Positions 1 through 9,400 of a stretch of DNA of 20,000 nucleotides are shown here, one piece after another (the first letter of the stretch is position 1; every line of letters starts with the position of its first letter). Both the position numbers and the translations under genes were made by a program. The notes below the pieces were generated by a model. It was given only the letters and a program-made list of their open reading frames with translations, did not search any database and was not told where the DNA came from. Source of the DNA: an uncultured virus (IMG/VR IMGVR_UViG_3300002835_000135) (lineage: Duplodnaviria > Heunggongvirae > Uroviricota > Caudoviricetes); IMG/VR virus record IMGVR_UViG_3300002835_000135, one strand, 5' to 3'.

Positions 1-723
1 AGTTCCAGATTTAATGACCTCATTGTGTGTTGGGTCTTTAGCCCCTACAAAATCCTCTACGTTAACTTTTTCGTTTGGTTCATATTCTGCTGATACGACC
101 GTATTTTTACCACCTTCTGTTTGAACGCAGAAATAATATCTCGTTACCTTATTACCTCCATCATCTTCAGACGGAACATAATCTCCATCTAATATAAATT
201 GACCCGAAATTGCATAGTTCTCACTTCTAGTTTTTCCAGCAATAATTTCTGAACCATTTTTTTCACTAACCATTTGTAATTCATCAAGTTTAAATGGCAT
301 ACCATCAGAAGGTAATACGTTTATTTTCATAAAATATGGTAAATTATATTTAATATCATCCCAACAAACAACATAAAAACCCAAACCACCATACTTTTGA
401 TAATTAAACCCTAGTTCAGTTAAGTACTCAGCCAATTCAATTCCAAATCTTGTATTATCATCAGGTACTGGCTTTTTATTTTTATTTATGATAATTTTAA
501 TCTCACTCAACCTTACCAATTCCTCTAATTCTTTAGTTTCAGGATTAATAACGTAAGGTTGACCATTCTTATAAAGCACACCAAGTGAGCCATTATATCC
601 GTTAAAAGAATAACGACGTTCTTTAGTATTATCTGCACTATTTGGGTCTGCAACATTTTGTTCGTTAATGATTAAACCAACTAGTTTCTTTGCTTGTTCC
701 TCGGTAATTACTATTTTTTTCAT
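1..723 (-). CDS. Hypothetical protein with [LIV]xE leader (3' end runs off window)
   Basis: Not in the ORF track. ATG at 723 reads MKKIVITEEQAKKLVGLIINEQNVADPN... and stays open to position 1. TATTTATA motif 22 nt upstream. Confidence 0.85.
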   Translation of the reverse strand, partial: MKKIVITEEQAKKLVGLIINEQNVADPNSADNTKERRYSFNGYNGSLGVLYKNGQPYVINPETKELEELVRLSEIKIIINKNKKPVPDDNTRFGIELAEYLTELGFNYQKYGGLGFYVVCWDDIKYNLPYFMKINVLPSDGMPFKLDELQMVSEKNGSEIIAGKTRSENYAISGQFILDGDYVPSEDDGGNKVTRYYFCVQTEGGKNTVVSAEYEPNEKVNVEDFVGAKDPTHNEVIKSGT

Positions 724-745
724 ATATCCTGTATAATATTGTTTC

Positions 746-759
746 TATAAATATTTATA
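746..759. promoter_or_regulatory. Palindromic TATAAATATTTATA: two back-to-back copies of the putative phage promoter motif between divergent genes
   Basis: Perfect 14-bp palindrome that gives TATTTATA on the sense strand of both the 723(-) and 802(+) genes. Confidence 0.6.
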
Positions 760-801
760 ACTTAAGAATGTTACCATTTTTTGGTATATTAGTAAAGAAA
801 T

Positions 802-2361
802 ATGAAATTTAAATCCCTAGTTCAGACCATTTTAGTTGAAGCGAGCAAAAAAGACGTGCTAATGAATAAATTAGGGGTTGAGGAAAGTGCTGCGGATGAA
901 CTAGTATCTCTATGTGGACCTTTAGCTGTTTTTATGGCCAATAAACTTATAGAAGCTCAAATGGCGATATATAAAAGTTGGGAAGGGGAAGTCGGACGAC
1001 CAATTCATACTAAAAAAGATGCGGTTGAAAATTTATTTAAATTAGTTGGTCACAAAAAAAATGAGATTACCTCAATAATGGACTGGGTTAGGGTTGGTTT
1101 AAACGGTAATGTCAAAGAGTATGAGAATCAACCATTTGTGGGGTTATATCGTTTATCTAAAGATTGGCACGACAGTTTAGGTGTTGGTGAAGGACAATTG
1201 AATTATATTGAGGAAAGTGAAATTATAATAGATTTTAGAAAAGACGGTATTGGTCTTTATTGGGTTAATTTAGACACAAACTATTCACCAGAAGAATGTG
1301 ATAGAATGGGTCATTGTGGTAGAACTAATAATAGTAATAACATATTCTCACTTAGGGAAACTAAGCGTCTAAATGACAAGTACACATTAAACAAAAGTCA
1401 CCTAACTGCAGCTGTTGGTATTGAAGATAAAAAAATGTACCAACTAAAAGGACCTAAAAATTCAAAACCTAAAACAGAGTATCATCAATTTATTATACCA
1501 TTCCTATTAACAGAATACGTTGAAGGTTTTGGTTCGGAATATCAATCTGCAAATGATTTTAAAATTGGTGATTTAACACTAGATGAAGTTAAATCGTTGT
1601 ATGAACAAAAACCTATTTTATTTGAAGGGTTTGGTGAACGTCGTTTTCTATGGCAAAACAAAATCATTGAAAAACCAGAAATGAATTTTACATTAACATT
1701 CGATAGATATGATTTAGATAGATACGTGGATGGTGACTATGTAATCCGTCAATTTAAAAATGAACAAACTGGTCAAACAAAAAAATACTATATGTTTGAT
1801 GCCATTCTTGATGGTGATACTTGGGAGTTATGGGATTCACATTCATATGATGGTGATTGGGAAACTGGTATAAAATACCACACCAACAAGAATACTGAGG
1901 ATAGGTTATGGGCAATGATTAAAGAGTGGGCTGAAAAAGACGGTATTGAATTAGATGATAATATTGATTTAGTTCAAGCAATAGAAGAGGTGGATAGAAA
2001 TGGTGAAATACAATCTGCTATAAGAAGCGCGCTAAGTGATTGTGAATCTGATTCATACGCAAGTTATTTATACAATGAGTTAAAAGATGCGGCATCTGAA
2101 TTGGGTATTGTTAGTGGGTGGGGTGAAAACAATATCAACATTGATATTGACTTAGAGGAAATGGTTATCGAACATACAACATGGGATACTTATGAAGAAG
2201 CGTTAGAAAGGTGTGAGGGTGATTTTTCATGTACATTCGATGAATTGATTTCTAATGGTGATATTGAAAAACCAAAGTTTGATCCTGATGAAAGATTCAC
2301 ACCAGATGTTGATGATAATTTGTTTAACGAAATATTAATTGATAGATTAAATGAAATTTAG
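802..2361 (+). CDS. PcfJ-like domain protein with acidic C-terminal region and [LIV]xE leader
   Basis: 519 aa. The motif series EECDRMGHCG...IFSLR...HLT...YQLKGPKNSKP matches the PcfJ-like pattern (E..M.HC..SLR..T..Q.KG..N..P). Leader MKFKSLVQTILVE. Confidence 0.6.
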   Translation: MKFKSLVQTILVEASKKDVLMNKLGVEESAADELVSLCGPLAVFMANKLIEAQMAIYKSWEGEVGRPIHTKKDAVENLFKLVGHKKNEITSIMDWVRVGLNGNVKEYENQPFVGLYRLSKDWHDSLGVGEGQLNYIEESEIIIDFRKDGIGLYWVNLDTNYSPEECDRMGHCGRTNNSNNIFSLRETKRLNDKYTLNKSHLTAAVGIEDKKMYQLKGPKNSKPKTEYHQFIIPFLLTEYVEGFGSEYQSANDFKIGDLTLDEVKSLYEQKPILFEGFGERRFLWQNKIIEKPEMNFTLTFDRYDLDRYVDGDYVIRQFKNEQTGQTKKYYMFDAILDGDTWELWDSHSYDGDWETGIKYHTNKNTEDRLWAMIKEWAEKDGIELDDNIDLVQAIEEVDRNGEIQSAIRSALSDCESDSYASYLYNELKDAASELGIVSGWGENNINIDIDLEEMVIEHTTWDTYEEALERCEGDFSCTFDELISNGDIEKPKFDPDERFTPDVDDNLFNEILIDRLNEI

Positions 2362-4216
2362 AGAAATAATTAATGGATTATTAAACGAAGCAACACCTGA
2401 TGAAATATATATAAAATATTATTCAGATATTGACCCAACAACATTTTATAGGGTTGTTACGTTAGATCCAAAAACGCAAACTAGTTTTGATAAAATAACT
2501 AGAATAGGTAAGTACGCAAAAGTGTTATTGAAACTTCATAAGTTAAATCAATTAAAAAGTGAAGATTACCCAAAGGCAACTGAATATTTAAATTACGCAT
2601 ACAATCATCAAATCCCGATTGTTGACACAACGATTAATAGTTTAGGTGATTTATACAACGCAATCAAACATAAAATAGCTAATGCAAGTCAACCATTAAA
2701 TACCATATTGGAATTATTGACTAAAGAAGAATATGAGTTCGTACTTAACGGTGAAAATTGGTTAATCTACATACCTAAAACAGAAAAAGCCGCGGCGTAC
2801 ATTGGCGTTAACACTCAATGGTGTACCACTTGGGGTGAATTCTCGTTAAACCCATCATACAAAGATAGATCATCTCATTTTAACTCACATAATAGAAAGG
2901 GATCACTTTACATTATAATAAATAAAAAGGATGAAAGTGATAAGTACCAATTTCATTTTGAGAGCAAACAATTCATGGACCCCGCAGATAGAAGAATTGA
3001 TACTGCGTCTTTCTTAGATAAGAATCAAGAAATTGAAAGTTTCTTTTTCCCCGCATTATACAATGAAAATGCAACAATAAGACAATTCGATGATGCTATT
3101 GCTAAATCATTTGTTTTAAATGGTAATAAAACAAATTTATTAATTTCAAAATATATTGATGTTAGCATTGACACGCCAAGCGACGCCAATCGGTTAGCAC
3201 AATTAATCGTTAAAACACCTTCCACATGGCGCGAAAGACCAGAATTTATTGGCATTATAAATGACGATTCACTTGATGATTTAATTATTACAAATGAACA
3301 CATTGAATTTGATTTAAAAAACCCAGGCGGTGAATTAAATAAGGTCGAGGATTTAATTAATTCATATGAACGTGCAGTTGAATATTCATATGAAAATGTA
3401 AAAGATAACGCCTTTTATGATAGAGAATATTCCACCGAAGCCATAAAAGAAATGTTGGGGGAATATTATGATCAAGAAAAAGATTTAATGGTTAAGTGGT
3501 TTGGTAAAACCGCAAAAACTAAAGAGTTATTTTTGCACTGGTATTCTAAACATATTCTAGATAATGATAAGGTTTTTGAAAAATATGTTGACGTATATTC
3601 CGACGCAACATCAACCGAATTAGAAAATGCATATCGTTCTGAAATCGACGATATTAAAAAATACATTGATTTTGATGGTTATAGCGGTGGAAATAAAACT
3701 GTAAAAGTTTCTAAAGTTTATTTCATCTTATTCATATTAAGAAAAAATATTAGTACAATTGGTGAAGGTTATCGACATGAATATGTTGAGGATGTTATTA
3801 ATCTATATATTGATGAATACAATATCCCAACCGATTATGACGAAGAACCTGAATATGATTACATATACCCAGTATTAAAAGATATGGAGGGTATTTTCAG
3901 TGATGTGTTAGGTGATTTAGCACCAAGTGAAGACGATGATGAACACAATGAATGTCTTAAGAAGAAAAAAGAACTTCAAGATATCCTTGGAGAATATTTT
4001 GACGAAAATTTTAAATTTGAAAACGATAATGTATATGTTGAGGTTAAAAGACCTTGGCTAGAGAATTTTGATTGTGAAAAAGGTATTGAGATTGGTTTTA
4101 AAAACAAACAAAAAAACACGTCATACTTTGGATATGTTCAAGTAGAGAATCTTGTAAAATACATTACAAATTATGATTTGTTTGAATCGGTATTAAAAAT
4201 CAAGAACCGTCTTTAA
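2351..4216 (+). CDS. Phage protein with P.T..AA..G..T.WCT...G.LY...KYQ.HF..FMD domain (possibly divergent PcfJ-like), acidic C-terminus and leader
   Basis: 621 aa, overlaps the upstream gene by 11 nt. Leader MKFREIINGLLNE. The family is recognised by eye only. Confidence 0.5.
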   Translation: MKFREIINGLLNEATPDEIYIKYYSDIDPTTFYRVVTLDPKTQTSFDKITRIGKYAKVLLKLHKLNQLKSEDYPKATEYLNYAYNHQIPIVDTTINSLGDLYNAIKHKIANASQPLNTILELLTKEEYEFVLNGENWLIYIPKTEKAAAYIGVNTQWCTTWGEFSLNPSYKDRSSHFNSHNRKGSLYIIINKKDESDKYQFHFESKQFMDPADRRIDTASFLDKNQEIESFFFPALYNENATIRQFDDAIAKSFVLNGNKTNLLISKYIDVSIDTPSDANRLAQLIVKTPSTWRERPEFIGIINDDSLDDLIITNEHIEFDLKNPGGELNKVEDLINSYERAVEYSYENVKDNAFYDREYSTEAIKEMLGEYYDQEKDLMVKWFGKTAKTKELFLHWYSKHILDNDKVFEKYVDVYSDATSTELENAYRSEIDDIKKYIDFDGYSGGNKTVKVSKVYFILFILRKNISTIGEGYRHEYVEDVINLYIDEYNIPTDYDEEPEYDYIYPVLKDMEGIFSDVLGDLAPSEDDDEHNECLKKKKELQDILGEYFDENFKFENDNVYVEVKRPWLENFDCEKGIEIGFKNKQKNTSYFGYVQVENLVKYITNYDLFESVLKIKNRL

Positions 4217-5115
4217 ACCTGGAATATATTAATATCATATTCTGGGCGATTCATTTTAAATTCTTTGAAACGAATTATCTGGTCATCCATGTCGTCAAAA
4301 ATATTAATAGTTTTAATTGACGGGTTATTCTTAAGAATTTCTAAAATCCTATCTGGTTTTTCTCTCCCATCATTTTTAAAATCATAGCTATCAAATTTCG
4401 GGTAGTACGGCGCCAATTTTTCTTTGACCACTTTTTCAAACTTTGCAATTCTATTTGTCATTATAACATTTAAGGAATTTGGAATGCTTGAATATTCAAT
4501 GTACAATTCCCTATTCTTTTCAATAGGTTTCACGTGAAACGGCGCTAAACTATCTAATTGACCCCACCACCCTCTATGTGGCCATTCACCGCCAGTCATT
4601 TCTTTATACATCTCCTTTCCTAGTTCTGGCATCGGGGAGTCCATTAATGTTCCGTCAAAATCAAAAACGTTTAACACGGTAGAATTCTTATCCGATTTAA
4701 ATGATGGTTTAAACATCACCTCTTCAATCCTACCTTTTACCGTAAAAGTTTCTTCTAGTGGAACCCATTCGCTAATCTCGTTAGAATCCTTCGGTTTAGC
4801 CCCGTTTAAGGCGTTAATTGCCACGGTGATATGTGGAATAGCATTCTGTGATAAAGGTGTCTCTACACCCACCGCAATGGCTTTATCCGACTTACCTAGT
4901 TTAGTTACCTGTAGAGTAACTGTGTGTCCAATCTTTTCTTTAAGATTTTCGGGTAATTCACCCATTTTAATGGTCATATGATGACATATAACTTTCCAGT
5001 CATTAGGAATCGCTAAGTGGTTAAGAATACGCTCTCTAGAGCCGTTATCTAAAACAACTGCGCTGTACGATACCTTATAATCGGTATTTTCTCTAATAAT
5101 GTCAAAAAATTTCAT
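4213..5115 (-). CDS. 2H phosphoesterase fused to HAD phosphatase (RNA end-healing, Swiss-Army-Knife-like)
   Basis: Two HxT motifs (HHMTI, PHITV) in the N-half. HAD motifs DFDGT, MTNR, K and FDD, plus a W.HRGWW segment, in the C-half. Leader MKFFDIIRE. Confidence 0.8.
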   Translation of the reverse strand: MKFFDIIRENTDYKVSYSAVVLDNGSRERILNHLAIPNDWKVICHHMTIKMGELPENLKEKIGHTVTLQVTKLGKSDKAIAVGVETPLSQNAIPHITVAINALNGAKPKDSNEISEWVPLEETFTVKGRIEEVMFKPSFKSDKNSTVLNVFDFDGTLMDSPMPELGKEMYKEMTGGEWPHRGWWGQLDSLAPFHVKPIEKNRELYIEYSSIPNSLNVIMTNRIAKFEKVVKEKLAPYYPKFDSYDFKNDGREKPDRILEILKNNPSIKTINIFDDMDDQIIRFKEFKMNRPEYDINIFQV

Positions 5116-5120
5116 AATTG

Positions 5121-5128
5121 CAAATATA
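5121..5128 (-). promoter_or_regulatory. Possible Bacteroidota -7 promoter element TATATTTG
   Basis: Matches TAnnTTTG 5 nt upstream of the ATG at 5115. No correctly spaced -33 TTTG seen. Confidence 0.35.
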
Positions 5129-5136
5129 GAATAAAA

Positions 5137-6042
5137 TTATAACTTTATGATTTTTAACCAAAATTCATTTACTCCGGATTGGATTAAAATATTATAACCA
5201 CCTACGCCTTCGGCGGTTTTTTTGTCAAGAATTATGGCTGTTTCATTCGCTTTAAATAATGGTTTACCGTCTTCATTGTACAACATAACCATCGTATTTC
5301 CAGGGGAACTTGATAAAACTTTCATACCATATATTATTCCTTTATCGCTTTTAACAAAATAACCACCAACCACTAATTCGGGACCAGTATTTTTAGTCAC
5401 TTCTTTCTTTGTTTCTTCCCCTTTCTTAACAACTTCTTTTTTGGGTTCTTCTTTCTTTGGTTCTTCCGCTTTCTTAACAACTTCTTTATTTGAACTTGTT
5501 TTAATAGGGTAATCTTGTAAATTTCTCCAACAAAAGAAATATTCAGTCATATCGGAAAGACCTGTAGATTTCAAGGTTTCGGTATAAAACATTGGTCTAG
5601 TTTTAGCACTATTGAATTCCGTTGTATCAATTCCACCTTCACCGCCACCCATACTACCTCTTTGATTAATACTAGTAATGGCTTTATCTTCTGTTGTTTT
5701 TTCTAATGGAATTGAAATTTTATAATAATTCTTTTTTCTTTCCAATGTTACACCTTTTAAGTTTGGTCTAACATATGTCCCTGCTTTATATAATTCCTTA
5801 AGATATGGTCCACATTCATGGAAAACAGTTATTCCCGCTAATTGATGGACACTATCACCTTTATTTCCTTCAGCACTTTGAATACAAAATCCGGATTCTG
5901 GTCCTTCATATGTGCCAGTAACCTTAGTTTCAGTTTTTTCAATTGTAATCTTTGGTGTTTTTACGCCATCACCATTTACAAAGGTATTATCTTTCCATTG
6001 ACTACAGGCGGTGGCTTCAGTTATTAAATTGTATAATTTCAT
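5137..6042 (-). CDS. Hypothetical two-domain protein with K/E-rich repeat linker and leader
   Basis: 301 aa. Leader MKLYNLITE. Linker KEVVKKAEEPKKEEPKKEVVKKGEETKKEVTK. Confidence 0.8.
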   Translation of the reverse strand: MKLYNLITEATACSQWKDNTFVNGDGVKTPKITIEKTETKVTGTYEGPESGFCIQSAEGNKGDSVHQLAGITVFHECGPYLKELYKAGTYVRPNLKGVTLERKKNYYKISIPLEKTTEDKAITSINQRGSMGGGEGGIDTTEFNSAKTRPMFYTETLKSTGLSDMTEYFFCWRNLQDYPIKTSSNKEVVKKAEEPKKEEPKKEVVKKGEETKKEVTKNTGPELVVGGYFVKSDKGIIYGMKVLSSSPGNTMVMLYNEDGKPLFKANETAIILDKKTAEGVGGYNILIQSGVNEFWLKIIKL

Positions 6043-6051
6043 AATATTTTG

Positions 6052-6303
6052 TTAGTTATGTTTACCGCACCAAGGACAAATTGGTAGTGATTTCTTTTTC
6101 TTATATGTTGTTTGAGTGTATAGTTTCCTACACGCACCACATTTTAAAAATTTCGCATCTTTATTTAAATCGTCAATACTTTTAATCTGTTTGTCGGTCA
6201 AAGTTGTGTAAACGTCTTTTCTCTCCACATCATCCTCTTTAACATCTTTTTGTTTAGATTTGATGATATTTTTTAATTGGGTCTCGGTAACGACTAATTT
6301 CAT
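6052..6303 (-). CDS. Small zinc-ribbon protein with leader
   Basis: 83 aa. CGAC...CPWC. Leader MKLVVTETQLKNII. ATATTTAT motif just upstream. Confidence 0.75.
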   Translation of the reverse strand: MKLVVTETQLKNIIKSKQKDVKEDDVERKDVYTTLTDKQIKSIDDLNKDAKFLKCGACRKLYTQTTYKKKKSLPICPWCGKHN

Positions 6304-6344
6304 ATAGATAAATATTATAGTTGTGTTAAACGGTGCAAATATAT

Positions 6345-6372
6345 AAAAAAACCCCCGATTTCTCGAGGGTTC
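6345..6372 (-). terminator. Intrinsic terminator
   Basis: Minus strand ACCCTCGA-GAAA-TCGGGGGT followed by a T-run, downstream of 6396..7319. Confidence 0.85.
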
Positions 6373-6395
6373 TTAGGTATATGTGATTTTGCGTT

Positions 6396-7319
6396 TTATT
6401 TTGCTCTAAGATTGATGCTGATTTTGTCACCAACAACTCTAACAGTTCCTTTTTGTAATTCAGATCTTCTACATGCTTCATCTAAACTATCGGCTATTGA
6501 ATGTAGTGTGTCCATGTCGTCAAATAATTGAGAGTTTAAAAAACCTTCTAAACTACTAAATCTAGGGTCTCTTTGTGCCGCAATAGCATCATTTAAGTCA
6601 ATGATGTCAGAATATGTCTTAATAGCCATAAGCGCCCTTTCAATTCTATCTTCATCAACTAAATCCAAAAATCCAGTGTTAATAATACTTGATGCAGCGT
6701 TTAATTCACCTTGCACATTTTGAATATCTTTAGTGTCTAATCCCATAACCTCTACTTGGAACAATGTTACACGTGCAAATCTTAATTTCGCATCCTCTGG
6801 GACTTTTGTTGGGTCTTTTAAATTTCTGTTTACTTTTGCTGGTTGGTAATCTGATTTACTATTACCCACAACAAATCGTTTAGCCATATCGGCACGATAT
6901 CCGCCTTTTATAAAAGCATCTTCAATAAGTTTTGTAAAGTAATCTATTCTACCTTGACCTACAGATGCATTTTCAGCATCGCTACCAGTAGCATCTGTTC
7001 CAACATTAATTTTAATGAATACTGGTAATTTATTTACATCATCATCAAAGAATTTTTCAATTGCTTGAAAGTTATAATCAATAATTTCAGAAACCGCTTG
7101 CACTAAATTTTTTCTTACCGCCTCACTTACTTTTTGACCATTCCACATATTAGGTACTGTGGCGCCTTTATCAAAGTAAAAAGTTCCAGTTCCGATAGGA
7201 CCTCTAAGAATTGGTTCCTTACCTACAGCGTCCTCATTTATTAAGTTCTTTTTCGCCTTGATAACTTTGTTAACAATTTTCAAAAGATCAGATTCATTTA
7301 ATTTAATAATTTTTCTCAT
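6396..7319 (-). CDS. OmpA-like (peptidoglycan-binding-type) domain protein with helical, possibly annexin-like C-terminus and leader
   Basis: FYFDKG...IKINVGTDATGSDAENASVGQGR...RFARVTL resembles the OmpA C-terminal pattern G.TD..GS...N..LS..R. C-terminal VDEDRIERAL...SSLEGFLNSQL. Leader MRKIIKLNESDLLKIVNKVIKAKKNLINE. Confidence 0.5.
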   Translation of the reverse strand: MRKIIKLNESDLLKIVNKVIKAKKNLINEDAVGKEPILRGPIGTGTFYFDKGATVPNMWNGQKVSEAVRKNLVQAVSEIIDYNFQAIEKFFDDDVNKLPVFIKINVGTDATGSDAENASVGQGRIDYFTKLIEDAFIKGGYRADMAKRFVVGNSKSDYQPAKVNRNLKDPTKVPEDAKLRFARVTLFQVEVMGLDTKDIQNVQGELNAASSIINTGFLDLVDEDRIERALMAIKTYSDIIDLNDAIAAQRDPRFSSLEGFLNSQLFDDMDTLHSIADSLDEACRRSELQKGTVRVVGDKISINLRAK

Positions 7320-7349
7320 TTCCGAATGTTTAGTATATAAATATGTTTA

Positions 7350-8048
7350 TTATGTTAAATTTCCTGCTATTGGTCTAACAACGTCAAAATATTGTTTAGA
7401 TTCTTGTAATAGCATCTCAAGTTCATTTAATCCCTTTTGAATTTCTTTTACTTTCACCTTTGACTTTAATAATCTAATTTTATTAATAATAGCCGGTATT
7501 ACTTCAATAATCTCACTTCCCACAATTCTAGACATCGCCAAAAAGAAATTATATTTCCACCCGCTCTTGCTTAGTAATATTAATGTTTTTTCGTAAATCC
7601 CTAATCTTTTAGCCATTAGTAAAATCTCTACTGGGGTGTGTCTAATTATTCTTTTAATACCTTGTCTAGCTACAATATTAATTGAATTTCCAGCCATTGG
7701 TAGTGAACTAGTTGCAAATGTTAAAATAGCCAAACAAGCGTATTCAACTTTCTTATCCTCATCTTCTTCGAAAAAAAATCTAACAGCATAAGCCGAAGCG
7801 TGTGTAACATCAATACCCGCTGATACCACTTGACCAATACCTGGAATACCGTCTATTAAACCAGATATAACATCTATTGTGTCATCAATCGTGAGTGATG
7901 ATGCCAAATCTCTAAGTTCTCTATTAAATTTTTGGGCTTTATCGGGATCAGAATATATTGTGTTATAGCGATTACCATCTAATGAACTTTGTTCAAGATG
8001 TAATTTTCGCATTCTAGTTTTTTCTTCTTCGGTTATTATAAATCTCAT
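7350..8048 (-). CDS. Protein with pre-toxin-TG-like hydrophobic helical hairpin and leader
   Basis: DVISGLIDGIPGIGQVVSAGIDVTHASAY...LAILTFATSSLPMAG resembles the PT-TG-type pattern D..G.IP..G...D...A..Y...IP..G. Leader MRFIITEEEKTRMRKLHLEQ. Confidence 0.45.
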   Translation of the reverse strand: MRFIITEEEKTRMRKLHLEQSSLDGNRYNTIYSDPDKAQKFNRELRDLASSLTIDDTIDVISGLIDGIPGIGQVVSAGIDVTHASAYAVRFFFEEDEDKKVEYACLAILTFATSSLPMAGNSINIVARQGIKRIIRHTPVEILLMAKRLGIYEKTLILLSKSGWKYNFFLAMSRIVGSEIIEVIPAIINKIRLLKSKVKVKEIQKGLNELEMLLQESKQYFDVVRPIAGNLT

Positions 8049-8051
8049 TGT

Positions 8052-8594
8052 TTAACTTTTTTCTAATATAACAAAATATTGTATTGTCCCATTTGGGTGA
8101 TCACAATATGTTATATCAATCAATTCACTTCCAAAACTAGCGTTATTTTTTTTCAATTTTTTTAATATAATAGTTCTAGCGGCCATTTCAGCCATTTGTT
8201 GTGCTATATTATCATCTTTACTAGTACCAGTCCCAAACCCCTTGAAGTTTGTCATATCAGTGTTTACAGCGGACCATTCTTTCATTAATGCTTCAACTTG
8301 TTCTGGTTGAATACAATTAACATACGGATGTCTACATTTTTTTTGTGTTGGGGTTGTTTGCTGTTGTTGCTCAGGTTTTTTTGTCATATCAGCAATTTTT
8401 TGACTTGCATTATGAACCCCTGTTTGAACAGCGTTACCAACCTTTTGGGCTGTCGGTTTTACTTTGTTTTTCCAAAAGTCACCCAATTTGTCTTTAACTG
8501 TTTGTTCCTGAAGACCCATTATAACACGCATTCTATTCACCTCTTCGTTTACAACGCTAGGTTTATTATTGTGTTCGTATTTTACTTTTTTCAT
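8052..8594 (-). CDS. Hypothetical protein, possible LPP20-like C-terminal domain, with leader
   Basis: Start re-called at 8594 (MKKVKYE...VVNEEVNRMRVIMGLQEQ), which removes the overlap with 8596..9063. C-terminal GFGTGTSKDDNIAQQMAEMAAR. Confidence 0.65.
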   Translation of the reverse strand: MKKVKYEHNNKPSVVNEEVNRMRVIMGLQEQTVKDKLGDFWKNKVKPTAQKVGNAVQTGVHNASQKIADMTKKPEQQQQTTPTQKKCRHPYVNCIQPEQVEALMKEWSAVNTDMTNFKGFGTGTSKDDNIAQQMAEMAARTIILKKLKKNNASFGSELIDITYCDHPNGTIQYFVILEKS

Positions 8595-8595
8595 A

Positions 8596-9063
8596 TTAAT
8601 AATCGTCGCGCTCGTATTCGTAATCCTCAGTTGAATCATAGTCGCCTGCGCTTTCGCCTAATTTTTCGTCAATACACATCATTATTTTTTCGTCGTGTGT
8701 AAATGCTAGCATTTCACTATCAGTTAACTTACGATTCTCTTCACCAACAGTTACGCCTCCAATGTAATCATAAGTCAAATCTGGACCACTAGGTGGGTCA
8801 TAGTATGAACCACTATCACCTGGGGTATAACGATAATTCATTAGTAATTCATATTCCTTGTAATCATCTGCTTCATTGTCAAAATATAATACAACATTTG
8901 CATATGCTCTTGAGCCAGATGAAACTGTTACATCACATTCAAAATCAACATAGTTTAATTCTTCAGGTTCTGGTTGTACGGGTCTGTCAATGTCTTCATT
9001 AACAAGTTTCTTCATTAAATCTTTAATGCGTTCAACACCCTCATTGATTTGTTTTTTTTCCAT
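8596..9063 (-). CDS. Highly acidic hypothetical protein with leader
   Basis: 155 aa. Leader MEKKQINEGVERIKDLMKKLVNE. D/E-rich, with YTPGDSGSYYDPPSGP motif. Confidence 0.8.
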   Translation of the reverse strand: MEKKQINEGVERIKDLMKKLVNEDIDRPVQPEPEELNYVDFECDVTVSSGSRAYANVVLYFDNEADDYKEYELLMNYRYTPGDSGSYYDPPSGPDLTYDYIGGVTVGEENRKLTDSEMLAFTHDEKIMMCIDEKLGESAGDYDSTEDYEYERDDY

Positions 9064-9080
9064 TTGTTTAATATAATGTT

Positions 9081-9368
9081 TTATAAAAATCTTTTAAATT
9101 GTTCTTTGATTTTTTCTTTTTGTTCGTATATGTCATGCCAATGATCTTGAGAATGTACTGGTTCATCTGGTGCATACATTGGGTCAGATGGTTTTGGTGG
9201 TAATCTTAATCTTTCTTTAGATAATATTGGAGCTAAATCCTGTATATGGTCATCAGGGTATATTACCTTTATTCTATCATCCTTAATTACTACGTGTGTT
9301 AAGCCAGCGTCAACTGCTTTTTGCAATCTAGTTATAAGGTTTTTAATTCTCATTTGATTTTGTCCCAT
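9081..9368 (-). CDS. Hypothetical protein (95 aa)
   Basis: Start re-called at 9368 (MGQNQMRIK) because the TATTTATA motif (9389-9396) and a terminator lie inside the longer ORF. Ends KIKEQFKRFL. Confidence 0.7.
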   Translation of the reverse strand: MGQNQMRIKNLITRLQKAVDAGLTHVVIKDDRIKVIYPDDHIQDLAPILSKERLRLPPKPSDPMYAPDEPVHSQDHWHDIYEQKEKIKEQFKRFL

Positions 9369-9400
9369 GACTAAAAATTGTGTTTTTATATAAATATAAG

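Noticed and set aside
5395..5490. Short DNA repeats (ttcttaacaacttcttt twice) as CRISPR or tandem array
   Set aside because: They encode an in-frame K/E-rich protein linker and have no repeat-spacer periodicity.
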